Origin: Chiloscyllium plagiosum
Taxonomy: Eukaryota
Length of the DNA: 64,000 bases
NCBI RefSeq assembly: GCF_004010195.1
Contig: NC_057718.1
Span: 72,204,071-72,268,070 of the forward strand
Direction of reading: 5' to 3'
Each line of letters opens with the position of its first letter. Position 1 is the stretch's first letter. Made by a program: the position numbers and the translations under genes. Of this stretch, positions 26,081-37,512 are shown piece by piece. Below the pieces are notes generated by a model. The model saw nothing but the letters and a program-made list of their open reading frames with translations. It made no database searches and had not been told where the DNA came from.

Positions 26081-27409
26081 TCCACAAAATACCAACTGCC
26101 TGAGAAAATAACTCTTATGAGGGCCTTTGCATATCAAAATTGATTACCACTGCATGACCCTATTCCTACTTGATATTATGGAGAACTGGTAATTTATCAT
26201 TGGTAACATTACCCAACAGCAGGGTGTGGTTAGGCAGCAGATCTTCTTGACCACCCTAGCCTGTTCCCGCTTTGTGTTACCATTAAAATTCTGTCATATT
26301 GTTATTAAAGTGGAAAGAGGTAGCCTTGGCAATAATTAGTCCAGATATTTAGATGGAGAGTCTAAGAAGAGGCTGGTTTTGTCTCAGCTTAGAAAAGCAA
26401 AATACCATAAATTTATAGGGCTAGATCTTTGGATAACATGGCCTTTTGCTGTGCTGTCCAAAGAGTCAATGGAGAAGGTGTTCCTGGCAACCATAGCAGT
26501 CCATAGCCATTTACTTTTCCAATAAGTGTTAACTGGTTCAAGATAGGACTTCTTCACTTTACTCCAGTTGCAGTCATCTGGACCTCGAACTGCAAGTGAT
26601 CCACAGATTCAAAATCCTCAAATTCAGGATTGATAAGCGTTGGGGGCCGTATGGTGAGGGATGGGGGAGATAACTGGGGATGGGAATATGAGGGAGGAGC
26701 ACCCATTACAAGGGCAGAACTTAGTGGAGGGCAGTTCTTTCACAGAGGTAGTCCCCAGAACATTCCCATCCAAGATCTAAGGTCTGAGGAAGAGAACCTC
26801 TTGGCTTCTCCTTTGGCCTGAGCCCCTACTGCCATTCTCAAAATTGTATGCAGGTAAAAAGTAAACATAGTTGCCAATAACTGGCCACATATGGGCTTTG
26901 ACTGACAATGGCGGGTTTCCATGGACCTCACCTGCCCTACATAAAATCTAGGGTGGGTTGGGATTTAGCAGGAGAGGAAGTCTACTCAGGGAAGTTTTAA
27001 GTGATTTCACTCATACACCTGCCAGTGAAAGCCTGTTAAAAATTCTTCCATTGAGTCATAACACCACAGAAAGAAGCCATTTGGCCCACTGAGAACCATT
27101 TCAGTATGAAGGATGGAAACATGTTTGAAGGGATTCGAATATGGAATTTGGGAAAGCTTTGGAGGCAATGGCACATTCAAAACTTCTGGAGTGGAATAGC
27201 ATTTGATGTAGTTTGCAACAAACGAGGGATCGAGTTTTTTTTGTTGACAGAAGATTTGAACAGGACAGGACAGTTCCTTGGACAATGAAATAATTCAAAA
27301 AATCAACAGCATGAAGGCCAGGAATCACAGTTGAGTGATCAGCAGTTTAGTCAGAATATGTTCAAGGAGGAGGAAGTGGATTCTTGTTATTTGTCTCACT
27401 ATACTGTAC

Positions 27410-27553
27410 CTGCTGAATTTGGAGGCACCACATGCAGTTTGATCATGCTGCCGATGTATGTTGGTAACATTTCTCCAAAGCTCAATAAGTTGACTTTATG
27501 TTCCTCTACCAATCTGGTGAAATTATCATTCAGTTCTCTCAAAGCAGGTGAAT
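27410..27553 (-). CDS. SERAC1: SERAC1 penultimate coding exon (144 nt), (D)[47 protein letters not shown]
   Basis: Hand translation matches recalled SERAC1 DSPALKTLQDDF...[21 protein letters not shown]. Acceptor ttccgtag|AT, donor GCAG|gtacag. In frame with both neighbouring exons. Confidence 0.95.
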
Positions 27554-28989
27554 CTACGGAAGATATTTGTGAATAAATGTTATCAAAAAGTTGATAATTA
27601 ATACTTGCAAAGTTTTAGTTTTAAGAGAGAACAATAATAGGCTCATTAAAATTCAATAACTACTACAAAAAAGGAAGTCTGGAGCAGTGGGTCTTCCATG
27701 TTTTAAGATTTCATGAGATAAGTACCGCAATCAATTAAGATGCCAATAATTATACTTATGACCTGTCAGAGGCAATAGTATAACTACAATATTTATATAA
27801 TTTTTATGAAAGGCAGGACTGAAACCAAATAAATAAATAAATTCTAAAACTTTCTGGTTTGTACAGGAACCCTTCTTTTTTCAATATTCTCTATTAGTAT
27901 TCTGCAAGTCATTACATTATTAAGATGAACAGAGGCAGTCTTGGAAAAGTCGGGTGGGGAGGAGTAGCAGAATGAGGCAGGGAGGCAAAGGCTAGAGAAT
28001 CCATGCCCTATTTATACCCCCAGCGAATGGCAGGAAGGAGTTCAGGTGGAAAGTACCTGAAATGGTGAATGCTTGGCCATGTATAGACTTTTCTGCTGGA
28101 GGGACACAAATGCTTTGTCCTGCTGCTACTGGTATTCAAACATGAATATGATGACATGGGAAGTCACCAGTAATTTGCCACAGCCAATTGGTAGAAACAC
28201 TGTCTCCAATGGAGGAACCTGGCAGCAAGTGAGGCTGGGAAACAACCTTGTAACCAAACAGCGATCCACTAGCCAAGGCCTCTTTTACTGGCCCTGATAA
28301 TTGTTTTCACTGACCTGCAATCCATGGCATCATCGAATGCTCTCAGTCCAGCGTTCGCTATTGCTCCTAGTGATGCTGCTGAAATTGCACAGAAATTTTA
28401 TGGCAGCCAGGAGACTGGCTGATTGGGATGTAATTTCAATAAGGTTATGCAAACATCTGTAGCAGGACTGCTCTGTTCTCCAACTAGTAGATGGGTTCAC
28501 AACTATGAACACTAAATTCTATTTATGGTACAGAAGGCAGCTGATTTGACTACTGAATTTACACCACAGTGAAAGCTGATATTCCAGTCAGTCCTATTCC
28601 CCCACTCTACTTCCACAGACCTGCAACACTATTTCCTACAGGCATCCATCCACCTTTCTTTGATCATTCTCACTTGCAGTATCCTGATGGAAAGCAAGTT
28701 TCAGGTCATTACCACTTGCTGCATAAAAACAAGTTCTTGATATTCCCATACACCTCTTACCCAAAATCTTAAACAGCCTAGTCCAGTGTCATTAAGTATG
28801 TTATGTCTCTCCCTAACCCATCTGCCAAAAAGATTATTTCACTTCTCCTATAAAATCACCTCTTCTATAAAATTCTATCAGCCCTTTTTTCTTTCTCAAT
28901 CTATGAGTCAATCTACATCCTGCTGTAATTGATTAGCACCAACTTCACTGTTTGCCACTACAAGTTTATTATGGGTATATGAAAGGGAT

Positions 28990-30060
28990 ATCATGTTAGA
29001 CTAATCTACTAGGGTTTATTGAGGGTGTAACTAAAAAAAAAACAGATAAAGGAGAACCAGTTGAGATTGTGTATTTGAATGTCAAGAAGGCTTTCAATAA
29101 GGTCTCACATAAGAGGCTAGTGAGAAAAATTACAGCACAGGATTGGGGCATTAAACTGGCTTGGTTCACGAATTCATTGACAGACAAGAAACTGAGAATA
29201 CATGAGCCTTTTTCCAAGTTCCAGGTGGTGACAAGTGATGTATCTCAGTGATCAGTGTTTGACCTCCAAACATTCAGAATAGATGTAAATATCCTGGATG
29301 AGGAACCTCATATTTCTAAGTTAGCTGATGACACAAAGCTAGGTGTTTTTTTTTAGATTCCCTACAGTGTGGAAGCAGGTCCTTCGGCCCAACAAGTCCA
29401 CACTGACCCTCTGAAGAGTAACCCACCCAGACCCCTTTCCCGCTGACTAATGCACCTAACACTACGGGCAATTTAGCATGGCCTGCACATCTTTAGACTG
29501 TGGGAGGAAATCGGACTCCCGGTGGAAACCCACGCAGACACGGAGAAAACGTGCAAACTCACACAGGCAGTCGCCTGAAGCTGCAATCGAACCTGGGTCT
29601 CTGGCGCTGTGAGGCAGCAGTGCTAACTACTGAGCCACCATGCTTCCCCATTCACCAGTGTTTAGAAGAATGAGAGGGGCATTAGATTGAAATGTATAAA
29701 ATTCTAAAAGGGCCAGATAGACTAGCTCCAGGGAGGATGTTTTCCATGGTTGAGAATTCAAGAATGAAGAAACACAGTCTCAGGTTAAGCCATTTAGGAC
29801 TGAAATGCGGAAATACTTCTTCAGTCAGAGTGTGGTCAACCTATGAAATTTGCTACCACAGAAGGCTGTGGAGGATGGGTCATTGAATATATTCAAGAAA
29901 GAAATGGATATACTTTTAGATATTAAAGACAACAACGGGTATAGAAAGGAAGTAGGAATATGGCATCGAGATACAGAATCAATCATGAGCACATCAAATG
30001 GTAGGGCAGGCTCTGATGGCTAAGAAGATTTCTCCTGCTCCAAATTTTTATGCTATCTAA
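28990..30060 (+). mobile_element. Decayed CR1 RT/3' fragment containing a SINE
   Basis: ORFs 29069-29251 (KAFNKVSHKRL) and 29692-29886. Confidence 0.75.
29353..29645 (-). mobile_element. HE1-type SINE
   Basis: Reverse-complement SINE with box B (ggttcgattgc) and V-domain. Confidence 0.85.
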
Positions 30061-30568
30061 ATTTCAGATGGTCAAGATGCCATTTGTTATCTTCAGTTCT
30101 ACTTCATCAAAACATTCAATCAGATTTTCATAGGATTATATATACAGAAGAGGATCTTCAGCCATAAAGTCTGTTGTTATAACATTTCAAGTGCTCATCC
30201 TAGTAATTTTTAAAGGTTATGAGGGTACCACCTCAAATACCCTCACAGGCAGTGCAATCTAGACCCCCAACACTCTCTTGATAAAAACATCTTTTCTGAA
30301 ATCCTCTCTCAACCTCTTACCTTTCACCTTAAAATTACACCACCTCATTATTGACCCTACGACCAAGGGGAACAGCTGCCTTCTATTCATCCTGTCCATG
30401 CCTCTCAATCCCTTACACTGCTGTCAGGTAACCCATCAACATTCTGTGCTCCAAAGAAAATAACTCAGGCTTAGTCAGTTTCTCTTCATAGCTGAAATAC
30501 TCCATCCCAGGGAAAGTTTAGTGAATTTCCACTGCAGCCTTCCAATGCAAGTAATCCTTCCTATAGTG

Positions 30569-30770
30569 ATGGAAATGTGTTGCTGGAAAAGCGCAGCAGG
30601 TCAGGCAGCATCTAGGGAACAGGAGAATCGACGTTTCGGGCATTAGCCCTTCTTCAGGAATGCCCGAAACGTCGATTCTCCTGTTCCCCAGATGCTGCCT
30701 GACCTGCTGCGCTTTTCCAGCAACACATTTCCATCTCTGATCTCCAGCATCTGCAGACCTCACTTTCTCC
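30569..30770. mobile_element. Penelope-derived near-perfect palindromic insertion with hammerhead
   Basis: About 77-bp arms with 1 mismatch. TSD atccttcctatagtg at 30554-30568 and 30771-30785. Confidence 0.9.
30626..30661 (-). ncRNA. Minimal type I hammerhead ribozyme motif, sense to the SERAC1 pre-mRNA
   Basis: AUUC-CUGAAGA-A-GGGC(UAAU)GCCC-GAAA-CG-UC/GAUU. Intact core with palindromic helix III (ACGU). Confidence 0.75.
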
Positions 30771-31172
30771 ATCCTTCCTATAGTGTAGACACTAAATCTG
30801 CACAGTGCACCTACTGTGGCCTAAAAGTCCTGTACAACTCCAATATTATCCCCCTGCTCTTATGATCTATGCCTCAACTGATAGTAGTATGTCTTCTGAT
30901 GAAGGTATATCTTCTTAACTATACTATTAACCTGCCCTGTCACCATTAGGAATTTGTAGGCAAATACACAAAAATTCCCATTCCTTTGAGGTTCCTATTA
31001 TCCTCCCATAAACATCTTATATTCTCCTGTAACGTAAGACCTTTTTCCTCAGTTAACCTGGCCAATCTTTGTGTCGTCCATGAACTTATCATCGAAGCCA
31101 AAGTGTGGAAACAGGCCATTTGACCCACCAACCCTCTGAAGAGTAACCCACCCAGACCCATTCTCCTACCCT

Positions 31173-31208
31173 ATTCCTGAAGAAGGGCTCATGCCCGAAA
31201 CGTCGATT
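31173..31208 (+). ncRNA. Minimal type I hammerhead ribozyme motif
   Basis: AUUC-CUGAAGA(31177-31183)-A-GGGC(UCAU)GCCC-GAAA-CG-UC/GAUU. Predicted cleavage after 31204. Confidence 0.75.
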
Positions 31209-31295
31209 CTCCTGCTCCTTGGATGCTGCCTGACCTGCTGCGCTTTTCCAGCGACACATTTTCAGCTCCGATCTCCAGCATCTGCAGTCCTCACT
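31176..31295 (+). mobile_element. Penelope-derived mini-insertion inside a SINE 3' fragment (about 31103-31345, -)
   Basis: TSD ttctcctaccctatt at 31161-31175 and 31296-31310, overlapping the element ends. Confidence 0.85.
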
Positions 31296-32309
31296 TTCTC
31301 CTACCCTATTACCCTACATTTCCCATGACTATTGCATCTAACCTATGGCTTATGTGCCAACTCCCCCAAGATCCCATCTAAATAATGAGATCATCTGGAG
31401 AAACCAGCAATTAACCATCTGCTCAGTATACTGCTGTTGAGAGTGCACACAGACATGAGTGGCATTGATGGGGCGACATGGAGTTAATGGCGAGAGGGCT
31501 TAACAACCATGAACATAACTGGACCACTGTCTTAGCAAATGGGCCACTGTCTTAGCACTGTCTAATCTGCCTACCTCCATTACCAACTTGGGAAATGGCA
31601 GCTATAACCTAATACCTGACTCCTAGAGATCAAGATATAAAGTTAACATTCACATCTAGTTCAACAGGGTTAGAAGGTGCTTTCAAACTGTAGATTGGCA
31701 GAACCGAATAGTCTGGTGAACATTAGCACCCAGATGCCAGGTGCAATATGGGGAACTATCAAGTCATGTTGCTGCTGAATAGATATTTTGAAAATGAAGG
31801 GCAATTGTCATACTGCAGATCTAGCACCTCTTCACTGATATTTTAGCCACACATCCACACCATATGGCTGTTGCCCCTCGAATCTTCTGTCTTTTTTTTG
31901 CAAGGCAGTGGGAAGAAGTCATGGTTGCTATGTGCCTTTATGTATCATATACTGGAATCAGTCTGCTTCCTGACACCATTCAATGCCACTAATTAGACAC
32001 AAAGTTGCCCAATCTGCATTTAAAGATAGCATAGTTGTAGGAATGCACATGCAGTGAGAAGTCTGGACCCAGAAATTATACAGGCACTGGGTTTCCAAAC
32101 TCAGATTGCAAACTGAAATTCCATATGCAACCCTCAGAAATATTTATATACAGGTGAAAGTGAGGACTGCTTTTTTTGGTCAAGCACAATCTGCCTTTGA
32201 CAAATCCATGTTGGCTACCCTTTAAAGAGACTTTTCCAAGTAACTGTTGATTTTATTTCTGAATATTGCATATGAAACCTTATCCAACGCTGATGCTGGA
32301 CCATCTAGA

Positions 32310-32530
32310 GTTAAGAATCATTCAGCTGGAAACAGACTCTTCGGTCTAACCATTCCATGCTGACCATTTTCCCAAAAAAAAAGTCCCTCCAGCTTGTGCT
32401 TGGCCCATATCCCTCTAAACCTTTCCTATTCATGAACTTATCAAAATGTCTTTTAAACATTGTAACTGTAATTGCATCCATCACTTTCTCTGACTGTTCA
32501 TTCCACACATAAACCACTCACTGTGAAATA
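32310..32530 (-). mobile_element. CR1 3' end fragment
   Basis: ORF 32311-32517 (VWNEQSEKVM...FKRHFDKFMNRKGLEGYG). Confidence 0.8.
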
Positions 32531-32561
32531 AAGCTGCCTCTGCACATCTAAACACACATTA

Positions 32562-32718
32562 AAATGTTATAAAGGTTTCGAAGTTTTAGTTACTAGAAAT
32601 GTCATTACGTCATCTTCTGAATAAGTGTTTGTCACTTGTCAATCCTTTGGCTTTCTCCCCTTATTCAGGGAAAGCTGGAAAATTATGGGAAGTTCTTTGC
32701 TATTTCAAGCTTTGTCTT
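32562..32718. repeat. 157-bp segment duplicated at 33833-33989 (1 mismatch)
   Basis: Direct comparison of the two copies. Confidence 0.95.
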
Positions 32719-33541
32719 CCTTCAGCAAGCCACATGGACCAGATAATGTGTCCACTTTAAAAACACCCAACCTTTCCGAAACATGTGCCTCTTAAATTTC
32801 ACCCAATCCTCATTTTTATTGAGTTAATTTAGTTGATTTAACAATTAACTGTCAGATGTCTCTTCTAAGCACTGATCAAAGTACTCATTAAGTATTCCAG
32901 CCTTGTCCTCCAATCATCTTTTGTTACTATTAGGATCCACTCCACCTTTTACTAGCTACATGATTGTCAAGGTCATTTGAGTTTACTTTTATATTGTTTG
33001 CCATTTCATTCTCATATTTTCTCTTCACCAATGTTATTCTCTTCCTTATTTCCCCTTTCAATCAACTGAGTGTGTCCTATTCTTGCTAGACAGATTCACC
33101 TGGCATGCATCCAGCATCCTCCTCTGCTGGTTTCACCATATCTTCAATTTCCTTTGCTATTTAAGGAATCCTAGTTAGGTATTCACTACTTTTTCCTGTG
33201 GATTGAATATACTTAGTTTGTACCGAAATGTCTTTTGAAACATTATTCTAGTTTGATATTTTTCGGAGAGTTCCATTTTAGAGTCATATTGATGTTAAAA
33301 CATTAACTCTGGTTCTCTCTCCACAGATGCTGCCAGATTTCTCCAGTATTTTATGTTTTTATTTCAAATTTCCAGTATCTGCAGCATTTTGCTTTTCTTT
33401 GGTTCCATTTTACCTTGCTTACACTATTTCACAGCCTATTAAAATTAGTTTTCTTCCACTTTGGAAGTTAGATAGATTATACATCACTGCCTAAACCCAA
33501 GGTCACTCTTACTCAAAAACAAGTGTCCGTGGGAAAATAAA

Positions 33542-33832
33542 GATTAGATTAGATTACTTACAGTGTGGAAACAGGCCCTTCGGCCCAACAAGTCCACACC
33601 AACCCGCCGAAGCGCAACCCACCCATACCCTTACCTAACACTACGGGCAATTTAGCATGGCCAATTCACCTAACCTGCACATCTTTGGACTGTGGGAGGA
33701 AACCGGAGCACCCGGAGGAAACCCACGCAGACACGGGGAGAACGTGCAAACTCCACACAGACAGTTGCCTGAGGCGGGAATTGAACCCGGGTCTCTGGTG
33801 CTGTGAGACAGCAGTGCTAACCACTGTGCCAC
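33542..33832 (-). mobile_element. HE1-type SINE fused at its 5' end to the duplicated 157-bp segment
   Basis: SINE body and (gatta)n tail. TSD aaataaa at 33535-33541 and 33991-33997 encloses both the SINE and the duplicate. Confidence 0.9.
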
Positions 33833-34932
33833 AAATGTTATAAAGGTTTTGAAGTTTTAGTTACTAGAAATGTCATTACGTCATCTTCTGAATAAGTGTT
33901 TGTCACTTGTCAATCCTTTGGCTTTCTCCCCTTATTCAGGGAAAGCTGGAAAATTATGGGAAGTTCTTTGCTATTTCAAGCTTTGTCTTGAAATAAATAT
34001 TTAAGTGTCACTTGCAAAGGTAGCCAAAATTCACCTTTTGTGCCTGTCATATTTGAAATAAATTTCTCCAAGGCTGTTGAAACCACTTCTTCCTCTGGAT
34101 AAACCTCTCTCTTTCACAATCAGTTGTTTCTGTGTTTTGAAATACCAGAGGTCTATACATTTTCAGGTTTTATGTACAGAAAGTAAGGACACACAGAGTT
34201 AATCCAAGTTACTAATCTATTAGTTTAGTAGATTCAGATGTTAAGAGTTGGATGTGATTCTTTTCACTAAGATGTTTAAAAAATAAAATAAAATTCAAAT
34301 AGAATACCCTATATTTTCTTGCTTTTATGATCAGAGCACACATGCAACTCAAAAAAAGTGTTTGTTCCTGTTTGACTTCCAAGGTCAAAGGTAACTGAAA
34401 ATTTGGACAGAATCTCACCGAGTGAAGCTACAGGCTATCAGTGGTAGACATACCACTTATCCAGGCCTGGATACGGATTTCAAAACTGGTCAGCCATTTA
34501 AAACTTGAGTACTCCTTTCAATAAACGTGGTTTCTTATTTTCACCATTATATTTTGCCTAGGTTTCCTCTACTGTATTTTTCAATAGGTCTGTCAGGTGC
34601 ATTACTGTTGTTATTTTCTTAGCTGTTGAATTTTATCTCCAATTCCCTTATATTCTGTACCTGAATTCTCAAAGTCCTTCGATTCTCAACCCGATAATTT
34701 AGATTTTGACCAGAAATGGAGAAGTGCACCAAATAACCTTGGAATAGATGTCAAATCGATTGCATTGAAAAGTCATCACAGTATTAAGAATTTTAGAGAG
34801 AAACAAAACCAGTAATGTTACATATGCCACAAATCAGCTATGTGCTCCCATACAAAATTCAAATATAAAGTGATACGAAGTATGAATGCTCGAAAAACAG
34901 AACATCGAGTTGACCAGAGAAACCAATCTTAC

Positions 34933-35115
34933 CCTTACTAAGTTCCTTGACTTCAACAGAGGGAAACAGCAGAAAACGAGCATTGACAGAGTATTCTGCT
35001 AAGCGTGATCCACAATGAGGTACACTGTAAAATACAATCCCTTGGGTATTCTGAACCACTGACCTCAATTCAGGATCCTCTGAAGCATCTAAAAGCATCT
35101 TTTTGACTAGCAAGC
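34933..35115 (-). CDS. SERAC1: SERAC1 internal coding exon (183 nt), [60 protein letters not shown]
   Basis: Part of ORF 34859-35113. Matches recalled SERAC1 [11 protein letters not shown]...[35 protein letters not shown]. Acceptor tgttacag|GC, donor AAGG|gtaaga. Confidence 0.96.
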
Positions 35116-35217
35116 CTGTAACAGAAAGGCAATGTTAACTAAATGCAAGGACATAAGCCCTGATAAGAGATTAATATAAAAGTAATAGTAATTAAGCACA
35201 AATATAATCAACCCAGA

Positions 35218-35610
35218 CCATCTTCCGCCTTGGGACCCTCCAACCACATGGCATCAACGTTGACTTCTCCAGTTTCCTCATCTCCCCTCTCCCCACCTTA
35301 TCCCAGATCCAACCCTCCAACTCGGCACTGACCTCTTGAGATATCCTACCTGTCCATCCTCCTTCCCATCAATCCTCTCCAACCTATCACCATCACTCCC
35401 CCACCTTCAGCTACTTATGACATTCCCAGCTACCTTACCACCACTCCCACACCCCTCCCCATTTATCTCTCAGCCCCCTTGGGCCCCCTCACATTCAAGA
35501 TGAAGAGCCAATGCTCAACATATCGACTCTCCTGCTTCTGACCAGCTGTGCATTTCCAGTACAACACTTTGTGACTCTGATTGCCAGCATCTGCAGTCTT
35601 CACTTTCTCA
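35218..35610 (+). mobile_element. Penelope-like element 3' end (GIY-YIG C-terminus, pyrimidine-rich 3'UTR, degenerate hammerhead, terminal tail)
   Basis: IFRLGTLQPHGINVDFSSF followed by the same ...gcatctgcagtcttcactttctc tail as the mini-insertions. Confidence 0.75.
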
Positions 35611-36203
35611 ATGGGACAAAGGCAGCATATTAAGTTAGAGCACAAATCAGCCATAATGTCAGTTACATTGGAAATGGCTTGAGGGAATAAATGGTCTACT
35701 TCTGTTCCCAAGTCATGTGGAAGGACTAGAGAAGTTGTGGTTCTTTTCCTTAAAGCAGAAAAGTTAAGAGGAGGTTTGAAAAGGTGAAGAAAAATTTTTC
35801 TTGATCTTGAACACTTAGTCTCTCAAAACTGTTTTCAATGACAGAAGAGCTCGTAACTGAAGACATTGATTTCAGATGAATGGCAAAAGAACCTGAAGTA
35901 GTGAAGTAACACAGCAAGGGTTGTGATCTGGAAAGTACTGCCTGACAATGTGTTAGAAGCATGTACAAGAATAACACTCAGAAGATAATTTTGTAACTAA
36001 TTAAATGGAAAAAATACAAGGCCAAGGGGAAAGAGGGCAAGGGGAGTAATTGACAAGTTCCAACAAAGAACAGTATGATATGCCAAATGGTTTCCTTATG
36101 TGATTTATTACTTCAGATGTAATTCAGTCAGAGGTCCATTACAGGTACAGAAATATTTCTCCAAGTGGTATAGAATAGGATAATGCTTTTGTGAAGTTCT
36201 TAC

Positions 36204-36301
36204 CTCCCATACTATGTGCTACCCACACCATTGGCTTATCCCCAACACCTGCAGCTTTCAATTTAGTCAACAGTTCCCGACCCCTGTAAGCCATGGATTT
36301 C
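36204..36301 (-). CDS. SERAC1: SERAC1 internal coding exon (98 nt), (R)[32 protein letters not shown](G), contains the lipase nucleophile motif HSMGG
   Basis: Hand translation matches recalled vertebrate SERAC1 [33 protein letters not shown]. Acceptor ttttcatccag|G and donor G|gtaaga are canonical, and the phase fits the next exon. Confidence 0.95.
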
Positions 36302-36449
36302 CTGGATGAAAAAAAAGTGAGTTAAGTCCAGTTTCACTACAGCTATCATTTGATATTTGTTTTAAGCATGAGTGTGATTTGAAATTTTGAAAAGCATAAA
36401 ATATGTAGAACAGAGAGACAAGTCAACAGTAAAACAACTTCTGTTAAAA

Positions 36450-36670
36450 AATAGAAATTGCCAGAGAAACTCAGCAGGTCCATCAACATCTGTGGAGAGA
36501 AAACAGAATTAACGTTGAATCTGTTGACTCTTCTTCAGAATGAGAAGCAGCGAAAAAAAAATGGAAACTGGACTCAGCAGTAACTCTGCTTTCTTTCCAC
36601 AGATGCTGCCAGACCTGCTGAATTTTTCCAGCAATTTCTTTGTTTCACATCTTTGGCATCTGTACGTCTT
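36450..36670. mobile_element. Older palindromic Penelope-derived insertion (third family) with degenerate hammerhead
   Basis: Inverted arms cagcaggtc...tctgtgga / tccacagatgctgccagacctgctg. Minus strand reads CUGAAGA-A-GAGUC(AACA)GAUUC-AACGUU. Related pieces at about 33290-33400 and 53860-53985. Confidence 0.6.
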
Positions 36671-37289
36671 TATTTCAACTTTTGTTCAATTCACTAACAA
36701 ATTAGGGAATCTTAGAAAATAAAAAAATCAGCATTTTGAAGGACCAGTAAACCTACAGCTATTAATAACAGCAACAACTTGTATTGATGTAGCATCTTGA
36801 ACATAATAAGACATCCTAGACACTTTACAGACGCATTAAAAAGGAGCTGTTATAGCAGATGATGAAAAGCTTAGTTAAAAAACAGAGCTTCAGTAGTGTT
36901 TGAAAGAACCAAAGCATGGTAGAGAGGGTGAGAAAGGAAATTCAAGTGCATAGGTCTTCACAAAGTGAAGCAGAGTGATTAAGCAAGGAATGATTAAATG
37001 CATTAAATTAGAGGAGTATACATATTTCAGGGGGTTGTCGGGCTGGAGGATACTACAGAGATAGGGCTAATACGAAGAGAGTTTTGAGACACAAAGGATG
37101 ATGAGAAAACAGCACAGAGGCCAGTATCCTGTCAGCTCTTTATTTACATGTGGACATTACATATACTCTGACCAGCTAGCTCCAAACCAGTCCCTTAAAT
37201 AAGACGACCGTCTGAACCTCCTACTTATTTTTCTTTTTTTTAGAAAATCAAAAAGGGAGAGAATCCCGGTTCTTTTTTTTAATCTTTTT

Positions 37290-37512
37290 TTTCCCCCTTT
37301 TTTTAACCCCCACACTGCCGCCTAAGTGCGGTAGTGCTTATTTTATCCCCAGCACCCATGGTGTGTGTGTATACGTGTGAAACACAGTGAAAGACACAAA
37401 GTGCACGAATTTTTTTATTCAATTTCCACCACCAGGAAGATAGGAAAACACCCGGGTGGCCAGTGACAAACGCTGCCCTTCACATCAAAGGGCAGTGCTG
37501 TGTGATCAAAAT
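37290..37512 (-). mobile_element. Tx1-type LINE 3'UTR
   Basis: Homologous to 22490-22640. Confidence 0.6.

Noticed and set aside
26590..28450. GC-richer blocks flanking the 27410-27553 exon, and similarly 38240-39500
   Set aside because: Probably ancient repeats, but I cannot identify termini or protein motifs, so they are left unannotated.
30569..30770. Palindromes read as MITEs, miRNA genes or CRISPR-like repeats
   Set aside because: The arms are asymmetric with one-sided tails, the TSDs are 14-16 bp, and the sequence continues into a Penelope 3' end at 35218-35610. There is no repeat-spacer array, and the DNA is eukaryotic.
34859..34932. Extension of the SERAC1 ORF ([14 protein letters not shown]...)
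   Set aside because: Read-through past the GT donor at 34932 into intron.
35008..35022. PHCGS in place of the recalled human PHHGS in SERAC1
   Set aside because: The third position of the PHxGS motif is variable in this hydrolase family, so this is not evidence of inactivation.
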